NCBI GenBank assembly: GCA_903864505.1
Contig: CAIPGC010000103.1
Location: 97-64,096 of the forward strand
Direction: 5' to 3'
DNA: 64,000 nt
DNA from: an uncultured beta proteobacterium
GTDB lineage: Bacteria; Pseudomonadota; Gammaproteobacteria; Burkholderiales; Burkholderiaceae_C
Shown here: positions 8,906 to 19,331 of the stretch, piece after piece
Position numbering within the stretch: the first letter of the stretch is position 1
Layout: each line of letters starts with the position of its first letter
The notes under the pieces: model-generated
The model's input: the letters and a program-made list of their open reading frames with translations, nothing else
What the model was told of the DNA's origin: nothing
Databases searched by the model: none
Made by a program: the position numbers and the translations under genes

Positions 8906-11900
8906 CCGATCGCAAAGTATCCCTCCCGGCTCTACCAAGAGTCACCACAGGAAACCCGGCGCTGGATCGACTTCTACAGGCAATATGTGAGCGATTGGAA
9001 GTGCGCGAAGGTGCGCGTGGGGATGCTCTGGAACAGGTGGTGACGTTCAAGGACTTGGAAGCATCTGGTCTTGCCAATCTGCGCTTCGGTACTCGGGGCA
9101 GGATGAACACAGGGGGGGTGCTTGTCCAACAGGCTGACGGAAGCTACCTGTCCATGCCGATTGACGAGTTTGCCGACAGTATCCGCAAGACAAAGCTGTA
9201 CGGCGATCTGATGAAACGTCTGGATGATCCGACACGGTTTGACGATTACCCTGAAGCCATCAAGAAGATTCTCCTGAACAGCATTGCTGACGAAGCCGCC
9301 AAGCGCGGGGCTGATATTCAACGTCTGGACTACAAGATTCAGAGCGAAGTTGAAAGCCTTGCCTACACGGTTCAGGAAGTGACCGCTGCAGTACAAGGAG
9401 CAGCTTCTGGTGTGAGAGAGGTTACTTTCGCCAGTGCCACAGCGAACCGGGCTACCGCAGGGCAGGTTACACAGATTCAAGCCCGATTGGATGATGTTGG
9501 TGGTGTGACCATCGAAGAATCCATGATTGCCACGGCTGACCGGGTGCAGGGTTTGGCTGGCGAGTACATGGTGAAGATCAACGCTGGTGGGGCAGTTGCA
9601 GGTTTCGGGCTTGCTGCCAGTGAGGACCCACAGGGAAACACAGAATCCTCATTCATTGTCCAAGCTGACAAGTTCGCCATCGTAACGAGTAGTGCTTCCG
9701 AGACTCCGCACATCCCATTCGGCGTCGATGCCAACGGGGTTTATATCAACGGCACAGTGCGTATCAATGCGGCCGGCGCTACCCTGAATGACCTTGCTGC
9801 AGCTACTGGGGTCTATATCTCCTACGACACGCAGTTCTTCAAGTACACATCGACAGGTGCGGTGGTCAACTCAACCCTGACCATGACTGCCAACTTGACG
9901 GGAGATATTCCGCAGACATCGAAGGTCACATGGTCAGTTCTTGGTGGTTATTCCGGCACCCCTCCGGCAGCCGCCACGACAAACAACTGGACGATTGACG
10001 AAAACAAGATGCTGGCGGACTCCGCCTCTTTCCAGATCACTATCGTTGATGACTTCGTAACCTACACAGACACGATCACAGTCGCAAAACTGCGCGATGG
10101 CACAGACTCTATTACCGGGATGCTGACCAACGATCCGCATCAACTCACTGCAACAGACGCTGGCGTGGTTTCATCATTCGCTGGTGCTGTCGGAACGTTC
10201 GATATGTACCGTGGGTTTACCAAGATAACCACCGGAAATGCGATCACCTACAGCGTTTTATCCAACCCAAGCGCATTGGATGTGACGATTAACAGCGCGA
10301 CCGGGGTTTACGCGGTTACCGGTGGTGCGACATGGGCAGCATCGGGGTCAACACCAGCGATAGTGACGTTTCGCGCTAATTACAAAGGCGCGGATCTGGA
10401 TAAGACATTTACCTTATCCAAAGCGATGGGTGGGGTCAAAGGATCTGACGGGTCTAGTGCGCGCACTGTAATACTCTCAATGCCACGGGACGGCGCGGCG
10501 ATCACCTACAACTCTGACAACACGCGCGACAGCACCGTAAGCAGCGACGGGTACATCAGATTCTTCGCTACCAAGGCAAACACCGTGCTTGATGCGTTTT
10601 ATGAGTTTCAGGTGGATGGGTCAACGGTCCAGACTGGAAGCAGTCAAATATACGATTACACGAAACCCAGCGCATACTTTGGATCACCAAAGAAGATCAC
10701 GGTCAACCTGCGTGAAGGCTCTGCAATTGGCGCCGTTGTGGCCTCTGACGTGGTGAATGTGTTTGGCGTCATCAAGGGAAGCTCCGCAATCAACGTCATC
10801 CTGACCAATGAGACGCACACCCTACCGGCAGACTCCAGCGGAACCGTGACCAGCTACGCCAACTCTGGAACTGACATCCGGGTGTATGAAGGCGCAACCG
10901 AGCTTACCTATGATGAATCCGGAACAACGGCTGGAAAGTGGAGGATTGCAACCTCTTCTGGTGGAATTGGAGTAGGCGCCATTTCTGCCGCAAACGTGTC
11001 GGTGTCTAGGGCGATAGTCGGTGTGCACAACACCATGACCTCTGATGCTGCTGTGATCACCTACACGGTATCAGGCAAAACCATGGCGGGCAACAATTTC
11101 TCCATGGTCAAGACGCAGACGTTTGCAAAGGCACGGGCGGGGGTAACTCCGGCAGCCGCCGCAAACGGCAAGCGTGGGTCGCTAATTGCTTACGTCACCG
11201 CGACATCCGAGTTTCAAGTATGGGCAGCAAGAACAGGGGGGCGCGCCCGTTGGTGCGGCGATGGCGCGCTCAATGAGACAAACGCGGCATTTCCTGACAA
11301 CCTAGCCACAAGCACTATCTGCTCCATTGCCGGGGTCAGCGCAAACACTGCCAACCTGACGATCGGTGACACGGTAACCATCACTAGGACGAACCTTACT
11401 CCAAACAGGGTCGCTACCGGGTATTGGGATGGCTATAAATGGGCGCACCCAGGTGTCGTGATTGACGGAAACCTATTGGTATCTGGCAGTGTCGCTGCTG
11501 ATGCTATTGCTGGCGGGACGATCACAGCGGACATAAAACTTGCTGCGACAAAGTATCTTGCCGCTTCTGGTGCCGGTGACGGCGCTATAACTGCGTACCC
11601 AACGGAAAGCACCGGTCCGCTGGCTGGAGCTAGGCCTACTGTGGTTCACATTGTGGCGAACAGCGGGGCCAACGCGATCACTGCGTCAGCGAATAGCACA
11701 GACACTTCTGCGATCATAGGAAACAATGTCGGAGGCGGTCCAGGAATACTGGCTGCATCTACCGGAGGTTCCCCAATCAGGCTGCAGGTCACAAGCGCAC
11801 AGCCAAACCCGGCAGCAGTCCCAGTAAGGGCTGGCGATCTATGTGTAGTTGGATCGGCAGGCAGCGCGACCCTTTACTTCTACAACGGCTCCGCATGGAA

Positions 11901-11919
11901 AACAGTGCTGATGTCCTGA
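8902..11919 (+). CDS. Tail fibre / host-specificity protein with DUF1983-like (TipJ C-terminal) segment
   Basis: GEYMVKINAGGAVAGFGLA...SSFIVQADKFAI motif, followed by beta-rich repeats (LTNDPHQL / LTNETHTL). Confidence 0.75.
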   Translation: MTDRKVSLPALPRVTTGNPALDRLLQAICERLEVREGARGDALEQVVTFKDLEASGLANLRFGTRGRMNTGGVLVQQADGSYLSMPIDEFADSIRKTKLYGDLMKRLDDPTRFDDYPEAIKKILLNSIADEAAKRGADIQRLDYKIQSEVESLAYTVQEVTAAVQGAASGVREVTFASATANRATAGQVTQIQARLDDVGGVTIEESMIATADRVQGLAGEYMVKINAGGAVAGFGLAASEDPQGNTESSFIVQADKFAIVTSSASETPHIPFGVDANGVYINGTVRINAAGATLNDLAAATGVYISYDTQFFKYTSTGAVVNSTLTMTANLTGDIPQTSKVTWSVLGGYSGTPPAAATTNNWTIDENKMLADSASFQITIVDDFVTYTDTITVAKLRDGTDSITGMLTNDPHQLTATDAGVVSSFAGAVGTFDMYRGFTKITTGNAITYSVLSNPSALDVTINSATGVYAVTGGATWAASGSTPAIVTFRANYKGADLDKTFTLSKAMGGVKGSDGSSARTVILSMPRDGAAITYNSDNTRDSTVSSDGYIRFFATKANTVLDAFYEFQVDGSTVQTGSSQIYDYTKPSAYFGSPKKITVNLREGSAIGAVVASDVVNVFGVIKGSSAINVILTNETHTLPADSSGTVTSYANSGTDIRVYEGATELTYDESGTTAGKWRIATSSGGIGVGAISAANVSVSRAIVGVHNTMTSDAAVITYTVSGKTMAGNNFSMVKTQTFAKARAGVTPAAAANGKRGSLIAYVTATSEFQVWAARTGGRARWCGDGALNETNAAFPDNLATSTICSIAGVSANTANLTIGDTVTITRTNLTPNRVATGYWDGYKWAHPGVVIDGNLLVSGSVAADAIAGGTITADIKLAATKYLAASGAGDGAITAYPTESTGPLAGARPTVVHIVANSGANAITASANSTDTSAIIGNNVGGGPGILAASTGGSPIRLQVTSAQPNPAAVPVRAGDLCVVGSAGSATLYFYNGSAWKTVLMS

Positions 11920-11975
11920 TTTGGGCATAGAATCGCATCGGTCGCCTTGCTGCGCCCAAAATTTCAGTTGTCACT

Positions 11976-12006
11976 AAGCCCTTGGTTCATAGCCCGGGGC
12001 TTTTTT
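11976..12006 (+). terminator. Rho-independent terminator
   Basis: GC hairpin GCCCTTGG...CCCGGGGC followed by T6. Confidence 0.7.
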
Positions 12007-12019
12007 ATTGGGCGGATGA

Positions 12020-12460
12020 ATGACGACACTGGTTGCAAACCACGGGGCAGCACTTGAACACATCGAGGGCGCCATGCTGAAGATGCCGCAAGTTGAGTGC
12101 GCGGTGATAAACCGGTTTGGACCTGGTATCTACATTCGTGAGTTGCATATTCCAGCAGGTACTACGCTTATTGGGCATGCTCACAAGACGCCGCACTCGT
12201 TCATGGTTCTGTCCGGGCGGCTGCAGATGTTCAATGATGATGGGTCAAGCTACGAGATTGTCGCGCCAGCCTTTCTGGTTGCCGACACCGGAAGGAAAGT
12301 GGCCTTTGCGCCAGAAGACACGATAGTCCAAAACATCCACGCAACGGATGAGACGGACATTCAAAAGCTCGAAGAACTTTTGATTGAGAAGAGCCAAACA
12401 TTTCTCGATCACTCCAAAGGAGAACGCTATGTCATGGATGGCAGCAGCAGTAGTAGGTAG
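12020..12460 (+). CDS. Cupin-fold phage protein
   Basis: GIYIRELHIPAG..LIGHAHKTPH..MVLSG cupin motif. Confidence 0.7.
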   Translation: MTTLVANHGAALEHIEGAMLKMPQVECAVINRFGPGIYIRELHIPAGTTLIGHAHKTPHSFMVLSGRLQMFNDDGSSYEIVAPAFLVADTGRKVAFAPEDTIVQNIHATDETDIQKLEELLIEKSQTFLDHSKGERYVMDGSSSSR

Positions 12461-13316
12461 CGCCGTCGTCGGCGGGATAGCCGCGGACAAAGCGTCTTCG
12501 CGTGCAGCAGACGCAAATAGAGAGGCTACCGACGCCGCAGGGCAGGCAACGGCCGACAGACTTGCTTTTGATAAGCAGGTTTATGCAGAAGGCGGGGTCG
12601 ACAGGAAGTTTGCATCCGACACCGCTCGGCAAATGTCCCTTTGGCAAGGTGAAGACCGCGCCCGGTACAACGCTCTGCAGGATGAGCAGATCGCCCGCGG
12701 ACGTAAGTACCAAGGCGCAGAGGACCGCATGCTGGCTGAGGCTGAGAGCTTCAACACCGATGCGAAGCGCGAACAGTTGGCAGGACTTGCATCCGCGGAT
12801 GTGAACCAAGCGTTTGCAAACGCAATAGGGCAGAACACAAGAGCGCAGCAGCGCATGGGCGTAAATCCGAATTCTGGCCGATCGCTTGCGATGGGAAACC
12901 AGATGGCGATTGCTCAAGCAGCAGCACTGGCCCAAGGTTCAAACGGCGCGCGCACCCAAGCGGAAATACAGGACTATGCGCGCAAGATGGATGCACTTGG
13001 CCTTGGCAAAGGAATCATTGGCAACCAGGCTACCCAGGCGACGCTTGGGCTTAGTTCCGGAAACTCATCGGTGAACAACAGCCTCGTCCCGCTCAATGTC
13101 GCCGGATCTGCCAATTCCGCAATGAGCCAGGGTTACGGGAATGCTGCTTTGGGATTCACCAATCAAGCAAACCTGCAGGCCAATAACTTCTACGGATCGC
13201 AGGCATACGGCAGCCGTGCCGGTCAAGCTGTCGGATCGCTTTTTGGAAGCATCGCAAACAGGTTCATCCCAACGCCAAACGGCGTTATTCCAATGCAGCC
13301 AGGTGGCGGGTACTAA
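12429..13316 (+). CDS. DNA ejection / internal virion protein (P22 gp7-like)
   Basis: MSWMAAAVVGSAVVGG hydrophobic start; A/Q/G-rich; first of three ejection-type genes. Confidence 0.75.
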   Translation: MSWMAAAVVGSAVVGGIAADKASSRAADANREATDAAGQATADRLAFDKQVYAEGGVDRKFASDTARQMSLWQGEDRARYNALQDEQIARGRKYQGAEDRMLAEAESFNTDAKREQLAGLASADVNQAFANAIGQNTRAQQRMGVNPNSGRSLAMGNQMAIAQAAALAQGSNGARTQAEIQDYARKMDALGLGKGIIGNQATQATLGLSSGNSSVNNSLVPLNVAGSANSAMSQGYGNAALGFTNQANLQANNFYGSQAYGSRAGQAVGSLFGSIANRFIPTPNGVIPMQPGGGY

Positions 13317-13327
13317 GGAGAATCGAC

Positions 13328-14557
13328 ATGGGCTTCCCATCACTTGAGAATTTTGCAGATGGCTATCAGGGGTATTTGCAGGGTGAAAAGACTGAACTCG
13401 CTCGCCAACAAGGCTTGAAGGACCAGGCCTACACCAATGAACAGCGCGCTTTTCAGGCAAGCCAACAACGCAGGACGCAAGACGAGCAATCCCGTGCGGA
13501 TCAGTTGCGCCTTGACAATGCTGCGATACCTCTCACACGCACGCAATCACAGGTCACCAATCCGGACAGGGGCTTGTACCTTCCATTGGTTGACGATAAC
13601 GGCGAGCCGTCGGCGGCACAGCTTGAGGTGCGCGGCCCGGAAACCACCAGAAAGGCCACTGAGAGCGAGGTGTATCGCGATATGGCCAAGAACCATCAGA
13701 AGGCTGGTGACGTTGCCAACTACTTGCGCTACACGTCCATGGCGGATAAGTCCGATTGGGACAATTCCGCAAAAGCCATTTCCGAGATTGAGGCAACATC
13801 GACAGGCAAGAACCTGAAAGACGTGATGGCCCAGGTTGGGCAGGTTTTCACCAATGACCCGTATGCAGGGAAGGTGGAGAACATCAAGCAAAACCCGGAT
13901 GGAACGGTTTCGTTTGACGCCATCAACCAGTCGACCAATCAGCGTGTCAAGCGCACTGTCAATTCCACTGCACAGCTATTTGACACCTTGCGCGCGCATT
14001 ACAGCCCGGACTCTTGGGAGGCATTGCGCGCGGCCAAGGCAAAGCACCTGATGGAAATGGAGAACGAGGCGTTCAAGGCTGGAGTCAAGGGCAACGAAGA
14101 CCGCAAGACGGAGGGCGTAAAGAATCAGGGCGCTATTGGGCTTGAGAATATCAAGAGCGGGCACAAACTCAGCCAGATCAAGACTGAAAAAAGCATGGAA
14201 GGCGGAAACGCCATTTCATTGGAGAACGTCAAGCAGCTTGCGCCGCGCCAGCTTTCGACTGGAATGTCTTTGGCCATACCGCAGAAGAACAAGGATGGGT
14301 CGATCACTTATGTGACGGCGGCAGAGAATAAAGATCAAAAGACCGCGCCAGCCGCAACCGATTCACAAATGAGCGCCATCGCTATCGCAAACTATGGAAC
14401 GTTGGACCCTGGAACTGGACGAATGGCAGGCAACCAGAAGACCGGTCGTATTGCTGCCGCAGCGCGCGTCATCCAAAAGGCAAACCCGGGCCTGGACGCA
14501 AACCAAGCCATAGAAGCGGCCGCTCGGGAGATCAATAAACCGGCTGGAGCTAAATAA
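13328..14557 (+). CDS. DNA ejection / internal virion protein
   Basis: Helical low-complexity protein between the gp7-like and large ejection genes. Confidence 0.6.
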   Translation: MGFPSLENFADGYQGYLQGEKTELARQQGLKDQAYTNEQRAFQASQQRRTQDEQSRADQLRLDNAAIPLTRTQSQVTNPDRGLYLPLVDDNGEPSAAQLEVRGPETTRKATESEVYRDMAKNHQKAGDVANYLRYTSMADKSDWDNSAKAISEIEATSTGKNLKDVMAQVGQVFTNDPYAGKVENIKQNPDGTVSFDAINQSTNQRVKRTVNSTAQLFDTLRAHYSPDSWEALRAAKAKHLMEMENEAFKAGVKGNEDRKTEGVKNQGAIGLENIKSGHKLSQIKTEKSMEGGNAISLENVKQLAPRQLSTGMSLAIPQKNKDGSITYVTAAENKDQKTAPAATDSQMSAIAIANYGTLDPGTGRMAGNQKTGRIAAAARVIQKANPGLDANQAIEAAAREINKPAGAK

Positions 14558-17500
14558 TGGCAGGACTGGCGGACATCCGAGTCAATCCGGTTGCCAAAGC
14601 TGCGCCAGCGGCTACGGGCGTGAGGCCTATCGTTATTCCGTCAGAGATCGACCAGTACCGCGATCCGGCGCCAGCGGACGTTCCGCAATCATCGCTTGCA
14701 GACTTCCTTCCATCATTCTCAAGCAGCACACCAGAAGTCGTCACGACAGATGTTCCGAGCGGACCATCGCTTGCTGACAGCATTGGCTCTGCCATGAATG
14801 GCGTTCGGGATTGGGCCACTGGCGCACGCATTGATGGAGAAGCCAAAAGCGGCAGTGTTTTAGAGACTGCTCGCCCGGTTCCCGTTGACCCATTGGACCA
14901 GACTGGCGGAGCGCCATTCAATGCCGACACGGTAAAGGCCGTCACGATGCAGCTTGCAGGCATGACGCCGCAAGAACGATTGAAAGCTGGATCTATACCG
15001 GGCGCCTATGGGACGCTTGCAAGGAAAGTTACCGCGAGGATCGATGCAAATGCAGGATCACCGGTCGACAGAGTGATTGGCGGGCAATCTCTCGAAGAGC
15101 GCACGCGGTTCTATTTGAACCAGGGCGCAGGGCCAGAGACTGCACAAAACCTTGCTGCACAAGATATTCATGGAGGGTACGATGCGAGATCGCTTGACCA
15201 GGCAAGGCCAACATCAGGAGATGCGCAGGCCATGGCGGATGGCAGGGCAGAAGGATTGCCACTGCAGAAGTACGGCGTTGCGACACGCGGGGTCATTGGT
15301 GGTGTTGAGGGGTTGAAACAAGGCGGTCTCGGTGTTGCGGCTGCCGCGCTTCGACTCGTTGGAGACGACAAGACGGCCGAAGAATTGGAGAAATCTGCGT
15401 TCAAGTCAAAGTCCAAAACGGATGCGATGAACGAACTCACTGCCATGCGCAGGAAGGCGCAGGAGGCGGGCATCGTTTCAAGCGGACCCGGGATCATGGA
15501 TGCCACCTACCTGGAAGACATGGCAACCGGTGGCGTTGCATCGGCGGCGCAGAATATTCCGGGCATGGCGGCTGGAGCGGCAACGGCGATTGCCACCAAG
15601 AACCCAATGTTGGGCGGCCGGGTAGCCATGGGGTTGATGACGACGCAAGCCTTCGGAAGCTCATTCATTGACGGACGCCAGCGCGGATACACGCCAGGGC
15701 ATGCTGCTTCGTATGCCGGGGCGATGGCTGCGTTTGAATTCCTTGGAGAGCGCTACGGCCTGATTCCAGCGGCGATGAATGCATTCAAAGCCAAGGCAGG
15801 ACAGATGCCTTTGGCAGAGATCCCAGCGTTTATGGAGCGATTCATCGGCAAGGCCGAGGAGAAAGGGCTTTTCACCAAGTCAGCAGGATCCCTCATTCGC
15901 GAGCAGCTTGGCGAGCAAGTTGGCGAACAGTTGACTGGCGCTGGCCAATACCTCATTGAAGGCTCTGCATTGGGCATGGACAAGCCGATGAGCGTTCGCG
16001 ACTTCATTGGTAACGCTGTAGACACGTCAGTTCAAACCCTCATTGCGACTGGGTTGCTGCAGGGCGGAGGAAGGGCGGGGCGCGCGGCGATCGACTCCAT
16101 GAAGAGCGGTACGGTTACAAAGCCCGCCAAAGAGCAGGCGACCTTGGCTACGTCTCCCGGACTTCCTGAAACGAAACAGGCCACAACTGAAACGACAACG
16201 GCAGTTCCTGCAACGGAATCGCCAATACCTGCAACGCAAAAGACAGAAACCGCTCCAGCAGATGCAGCAGTACCAGCGGAAGACGTTCTTGGATCCGTTG
16301 ATCCTGATTCTCCAGTTCGCCAGGACATCGAGCAGGCAGCCCACGAAGCCGCAACGAGCCCGCTGAACGATCTTCCTGAGCCGACACAGGCGCAGAAGGA
16401 GGCAGGCAACTACAAGGTCGGCAGAGTCAAGCTGCACGGCTTGGACATCAGCATTGAGAACCCACGCGGATCTGAGCGCAGCGGCACCAGCCCGGACGGC
16501 ACCGAGTGGAGCAATACGCTCGCTGCCCACTATGGCTATGTCCGCGGAACAGAGGGGAATGACGGTGACCACGTAGACACGTTCATTGGCCCGAACCCGG
16601 ACAGCGAGAAGGTGTTTGTGGTCGACCAGGTGAATGAAGACGGAAGTTTTGATGAGCACAAGGTATTGCTCGGAGCGGACTCACTACAGCAAGCCGATGA
16701 TCTTTACCACGCGAACTACCACGCAGGGTGGACCGGCCGCGGCGCCATCACCGAGATGCCGCTTGACCAGTTCAAGCAGTGGGTGAAAGATGGCCCGAAG
16801 ACCGAGCCAGTAGGCAAGTTGCCAAAACCACAGCAAGCCCCGGTTCAATCCGGGGTTTCTACTTCTGATACAAAACAGCCTGTAGCGCCCGTACAGCAAG
16901 CGCAGCCCGCTACTAAACCAGTAGCGGAAAAGCCGCTTTCCATAGGCACCACGCCAAACTCTTCTGACCCGATCACCGTGAAAGACGGAGTTGTGCACAT
17001 CGGTAAGTACCCGGCGCAGAACTTCGAGACTGGCGACGATGTAACCGTTCCAGAAGGCGCTACCCGGGCGCAGATCAAGCAAGCGCTCAAGGATGCCGGA
17101 GCAATCGGTAACCATCAGAAAGTTTTCAACGTCGACGAACCGCAGGAGAACGTCAATGGCAACCAAGCCGATCAAACCAAGCAAGCAGAACCGCAACAAC
17201 AAGAAGCGCCAGCAGCCCCAGTAGCCGTTCACTACGGCAGGGACAATGTTCCTTTGTCCGAAGGTGGCAAGCCATTCACAACACGCAAAGAAGCTGGAGA
17301 CGCCCGCAGGCTGCAGCCGCACATGCGCGTTGTGTCGGTTAAAGGCGGGCATGCTCTTGCAGAAAAAACCGCAGCCCAACTGGCCGCAGAAGAGAAAGCA
17401 GCCAAGCGCCTACGCAATGCCGGCGCCAGTGAAGCCAATGCACCAATCCCCGCCCATGCATTCATTGCTGACGCTGGCGGATTGAGCAAAGATGCAATGT

Positions 17501-18522
17501 CTGACGCCGGGTTCGATCGGAACGTGAAGATCAGAACCAAGTGGCTGTTTGGTGCACAAGGCAGGGGAATGACAATCGAGCAGGCGACCGAGCGCCTGAA
17601 GGAAGCTGGCTATCTGAAGCAAGGCGATGGCCAGAAAGAAGCGCTGGACCTGATTCGCAAGAGTGTCACCAACCCGCAGTACACGCCGGAAGGTTGGGAG
17701 AGGCTTGCAGAAGCCGAGCAGCAGACCCAATATGCGGATCACCTTGCGGCGCAGCAAGAGGCTGCACAAGACGACGATTACGATCCATTTGTGTCCGATG
17801 GCGCGACAAGTTTTGAGGCAGACGATCTTGATGTCTCTGGCCATGCGAAAGCAAGCAAAGAGATTCAACTGGAAGTTGCAGCGCTGCATGCACAAATGGA
17901 GTCGCTTGGACTTGACCCGGACGCCGTAAAGTACGACATTGCTACACAGTACCCGAATTACACCGATCAAGAGTTTTATGAGCATGTCAAATCAGAATCA
18001 CAAGCCGCCCTTGAAGCCCATTCCGCTGGACGCCAAGCCGAGCAAGGAGGCGATAGAAATACTGGCAAAGATGTACGCCAACCGAGCGACCCGGGAACGG
18101 GCCAACGAGAAGAAGGCCCAAGCCAAGTAACCAAGACCCCCTCAACCGAGGGGGTTTCTACTTCTGGCCCAGAGATTAATCGAAGTGCGTTTGACCGCGG
18201 CGATGCAGTAGACCGAGCATGGCGCGCATCCATCGGCGACCGGGTTGGGCGCTATGGGGTGGCTGTTGATTCCGATAACGGCCGCGTTGTGCTGGTCAAA
18301 GGCAATTCCACAGTTACCTTCAAGTTCGACAAGAACGATGCGGACGCCAGATCCAAAGCGGTAGCCGACGCCAAGACGTGGGCGCGCGAGAACAAAGAGA
18401 TTCCAGCCGAACAGGCAGCCCATCAGCCAGAGCCCGTTGCTGAAGAAAAACCAACCGCCCTCATTGAACTGCGCAAGCGCGAGAGCGTATTGAAGGCGCT
18501 TCGTAAATGTCTGGAGTCGTGA
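14557..18522 (+). CDS. Large ejection protein with polyvalent-protein InPase (inorganic-pyrophosphatase-like) domain
   Basis: PTQAQKEAGNYK...ISIENPRGSERSG...HYGYVRGTEGNDGDHVDTFIG...FDEHKVLLG at ~16380-16800; central hydrophobic helices. Confidence 0.8.
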   Translation: MAGLADIRVNPVAKAAPAATGVRPIVIPSEIDQYRDPAPADVPQSSLADFLPSFSSSTPEVVTTDVPSGPSLADSIGSAMNGVRDWATGARIDGEAKSGSVLETARPVPVDPLDQTGGAPFNADTVKAVTMQLAGMTPQERLKAGSIPGAYGTLARKVTARIDANAGSPVDRVIGGQSLEERTRFYLNQGAGPETAQNLAAQDIHGGYDARSLDQARPTSGDAQAMADGRAEGLPLQKYGVATRGVIGGVEGLKQGGLGVAAAALRLVGDDKTAEELEKSAFKSKSKTDAMNELTAMRRKAQEAGIVSSGPGIMDATYLEDMATGGVASAAQNIPGMAAGAATAIATKNPMLGGRVAMGLMTTQAFGSSFIDGRQRGYTPGHAASYAGAMAAFEFLGERYGLIPAAMNAFKAKAGQMPLAEIPAFMERFIGKAEEKGLFTKSAGSLIREQLGEQVGEQLTGAGQYLIEGSALGMDKPMSVRDFIGNAVDTSVQTLIATGLLQGGGRAGRAAIDSMKSGTVTKPAKEQATLATSPGLPETKQATTETTTAVPATESPIPATQKTETAPADAAVPAEDVLGSVDPDSPVRQDIEQAAHEAATSPLNDLPEPTQAQKEAGNYKVGRVKLHGLDISIENPRGSERSGTSPDGTEWSNTLAAHYGYVRGTEGNDGDHVDTFIGPNPDSEKVFVVDQVNEDGSFDEHKVLLGADSLQQADDLYHANYHAGWTGRGAITEMPLDQFKQWVKDGPKTEPVGKLPKPQQAPVQSGVSTSDTKQPVAPVQQAQPATKPVAEKPLSIGTTPNSSDPITVKDGVVHIGKYPAQNFETGDDVTVPEGATRAQIKQALKDAGAIGNHQKVFNVDEPQENVNGNQADQTKQAEPQQQEAPAAPVAVHYGRDNVPLSEGGKPFTTRKEAGDARRLQPHMRVVSVKGGHALAEKTAAQLAAEEKAAKRLRNAGASEANAPIPAHAFIADAGGLSKDAMSDAGFDRNVKIRTKWLFGAQGRGMTIEQATERLKEAGYLKQGDGQKEALDLIRKSVTNPQYTPEGWERLAEAEQQTQYADHLAAQQEAAQDDDYDPFVSDGATSFEADDLDVSGHAKASKEIQLEVAALHAQMESLGLDPDAVKYDIATQYPNYTDQEFYEHVKSESQAALEAHSAGRQAEQGGDRNTGKDVRQPSDPGTGQREEGPSQVTKTPSTEGVSTSGPEINRSAFDRGDAVDRAWRASIGDRVGRYGVAVDSDNGRVVLVKGNSTVTFKFDKNDADARSKAVADAKTWARENKEIPAEQAAHQPEPVAEEKPTALIELRKRESVLKALRKCLES

Positions 18523-18887
18523 TGGAAGCAAAGATGCAAGCCTTCGAAGACTTGATGGCAGAGGTAAGCGGAGCGCTGGCCGACATCGTTGTATCTCTTC
18601 AAGAAGGAAAGAGCGGTACCGACGAGATTTGCGCCACTCTGGTGGATCTGGCTCAAGTGATTGGAGCCAAGCCAAAGGATGGATCCATGGAGTCGATCGC
18701 TCAAGCCATCAAAGGCATCCGAATCGATTCACCAGTCACCGTAAACGTGAGCCCGACACCCATCACCGTCACTCCGACCGTTCAGATCCTTGAGCGCTCA
18801 GGTGACTACAAGCTGACCGTGAAGTACGACAACCACGACCGTATTACTGAAGCATTCATTTCACGAGTAACCAAGGAAACCCAATGA
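18522..18887 (+). CDS. Hypothetical protein (module gene 1)
   Basis: TGATG-coupled start; helical N-terminus, PVTVNVSPTPITV linker. Confidence 0.7.
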   Translation: MEAKMQAFEDLMAEVSGALADIVVSLQEGKSGTDEICATLVDLAQVIGAKPKDGSMESIAQAIKGIRIDSPVTVNVSPTPITVTPTVQILERSGDYKLTVKYDNHDRITEAFISRVTKETQ

Positions 18888-19108
18888 CCCAAATCACCCA
18901 AGGCTCACTCACCATGGTGGGCCTCAACACCAACACCCCCCAGGTATTCTGGAACGGCAGAGAAGTGCCCAACATCATCAGCATCCGAGTGGACTGGGAG
19001 CACGACGAAAACCGCGTGAAGATCAAAGTAACCGATATTGACCCCGCCTTGCAAGCAGAAATGCTCATGGGTGGCGTGTCGGTCAAGATGGAGAAACGCC
19101 ATGAGTGA
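18884..19108 (+). CDS. Hypothetical protein (module gene 2)
   Basis: 74 aa; ATGA-coupled. Confidence 0.65.
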   Translation: MTQITQGSLTMVGLNTNTPQVFWNGREVPNIISIRVDWEHDENRVKIKVTDIDPALQAEMLMGGVSVKMEKRHE

Positions 19109-19328
19109 ATTCGTAATGGTCATCCCCCCAAGCTGGACCCGGCTCGACCTTGAGGCCGCGTGCCTAATTCCAGGCGTCAGCATCCCCGCCATTGAAAACT
19201 GGATCGCCTCGCAGTATCTGGAAATCATGGCCACGGAGCTGATGAACGGCGGCGTTCTGCCAGTGGGCAGCATCATCCTTGAAGCGCAAATCTTCAACGG
19301 TGAAATGCTTTTGGTCCGACTGGGGTAA
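19101..19328 (+). CDS. Hypothetical protein (module gene 3)
   Basis: 75 aa starting MSEFVMVIPP; 8-nt overlap with the upstream gene. Confidence 0.6.
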   Translation: MSEFVMVIPPSWTRLDLEAACLIPGVSIPAIENWIASQYLEIMATELMNGGVLPVGSIILEAQIFNGEMLLVRLG

Positions 19329-19331
19329 TCG

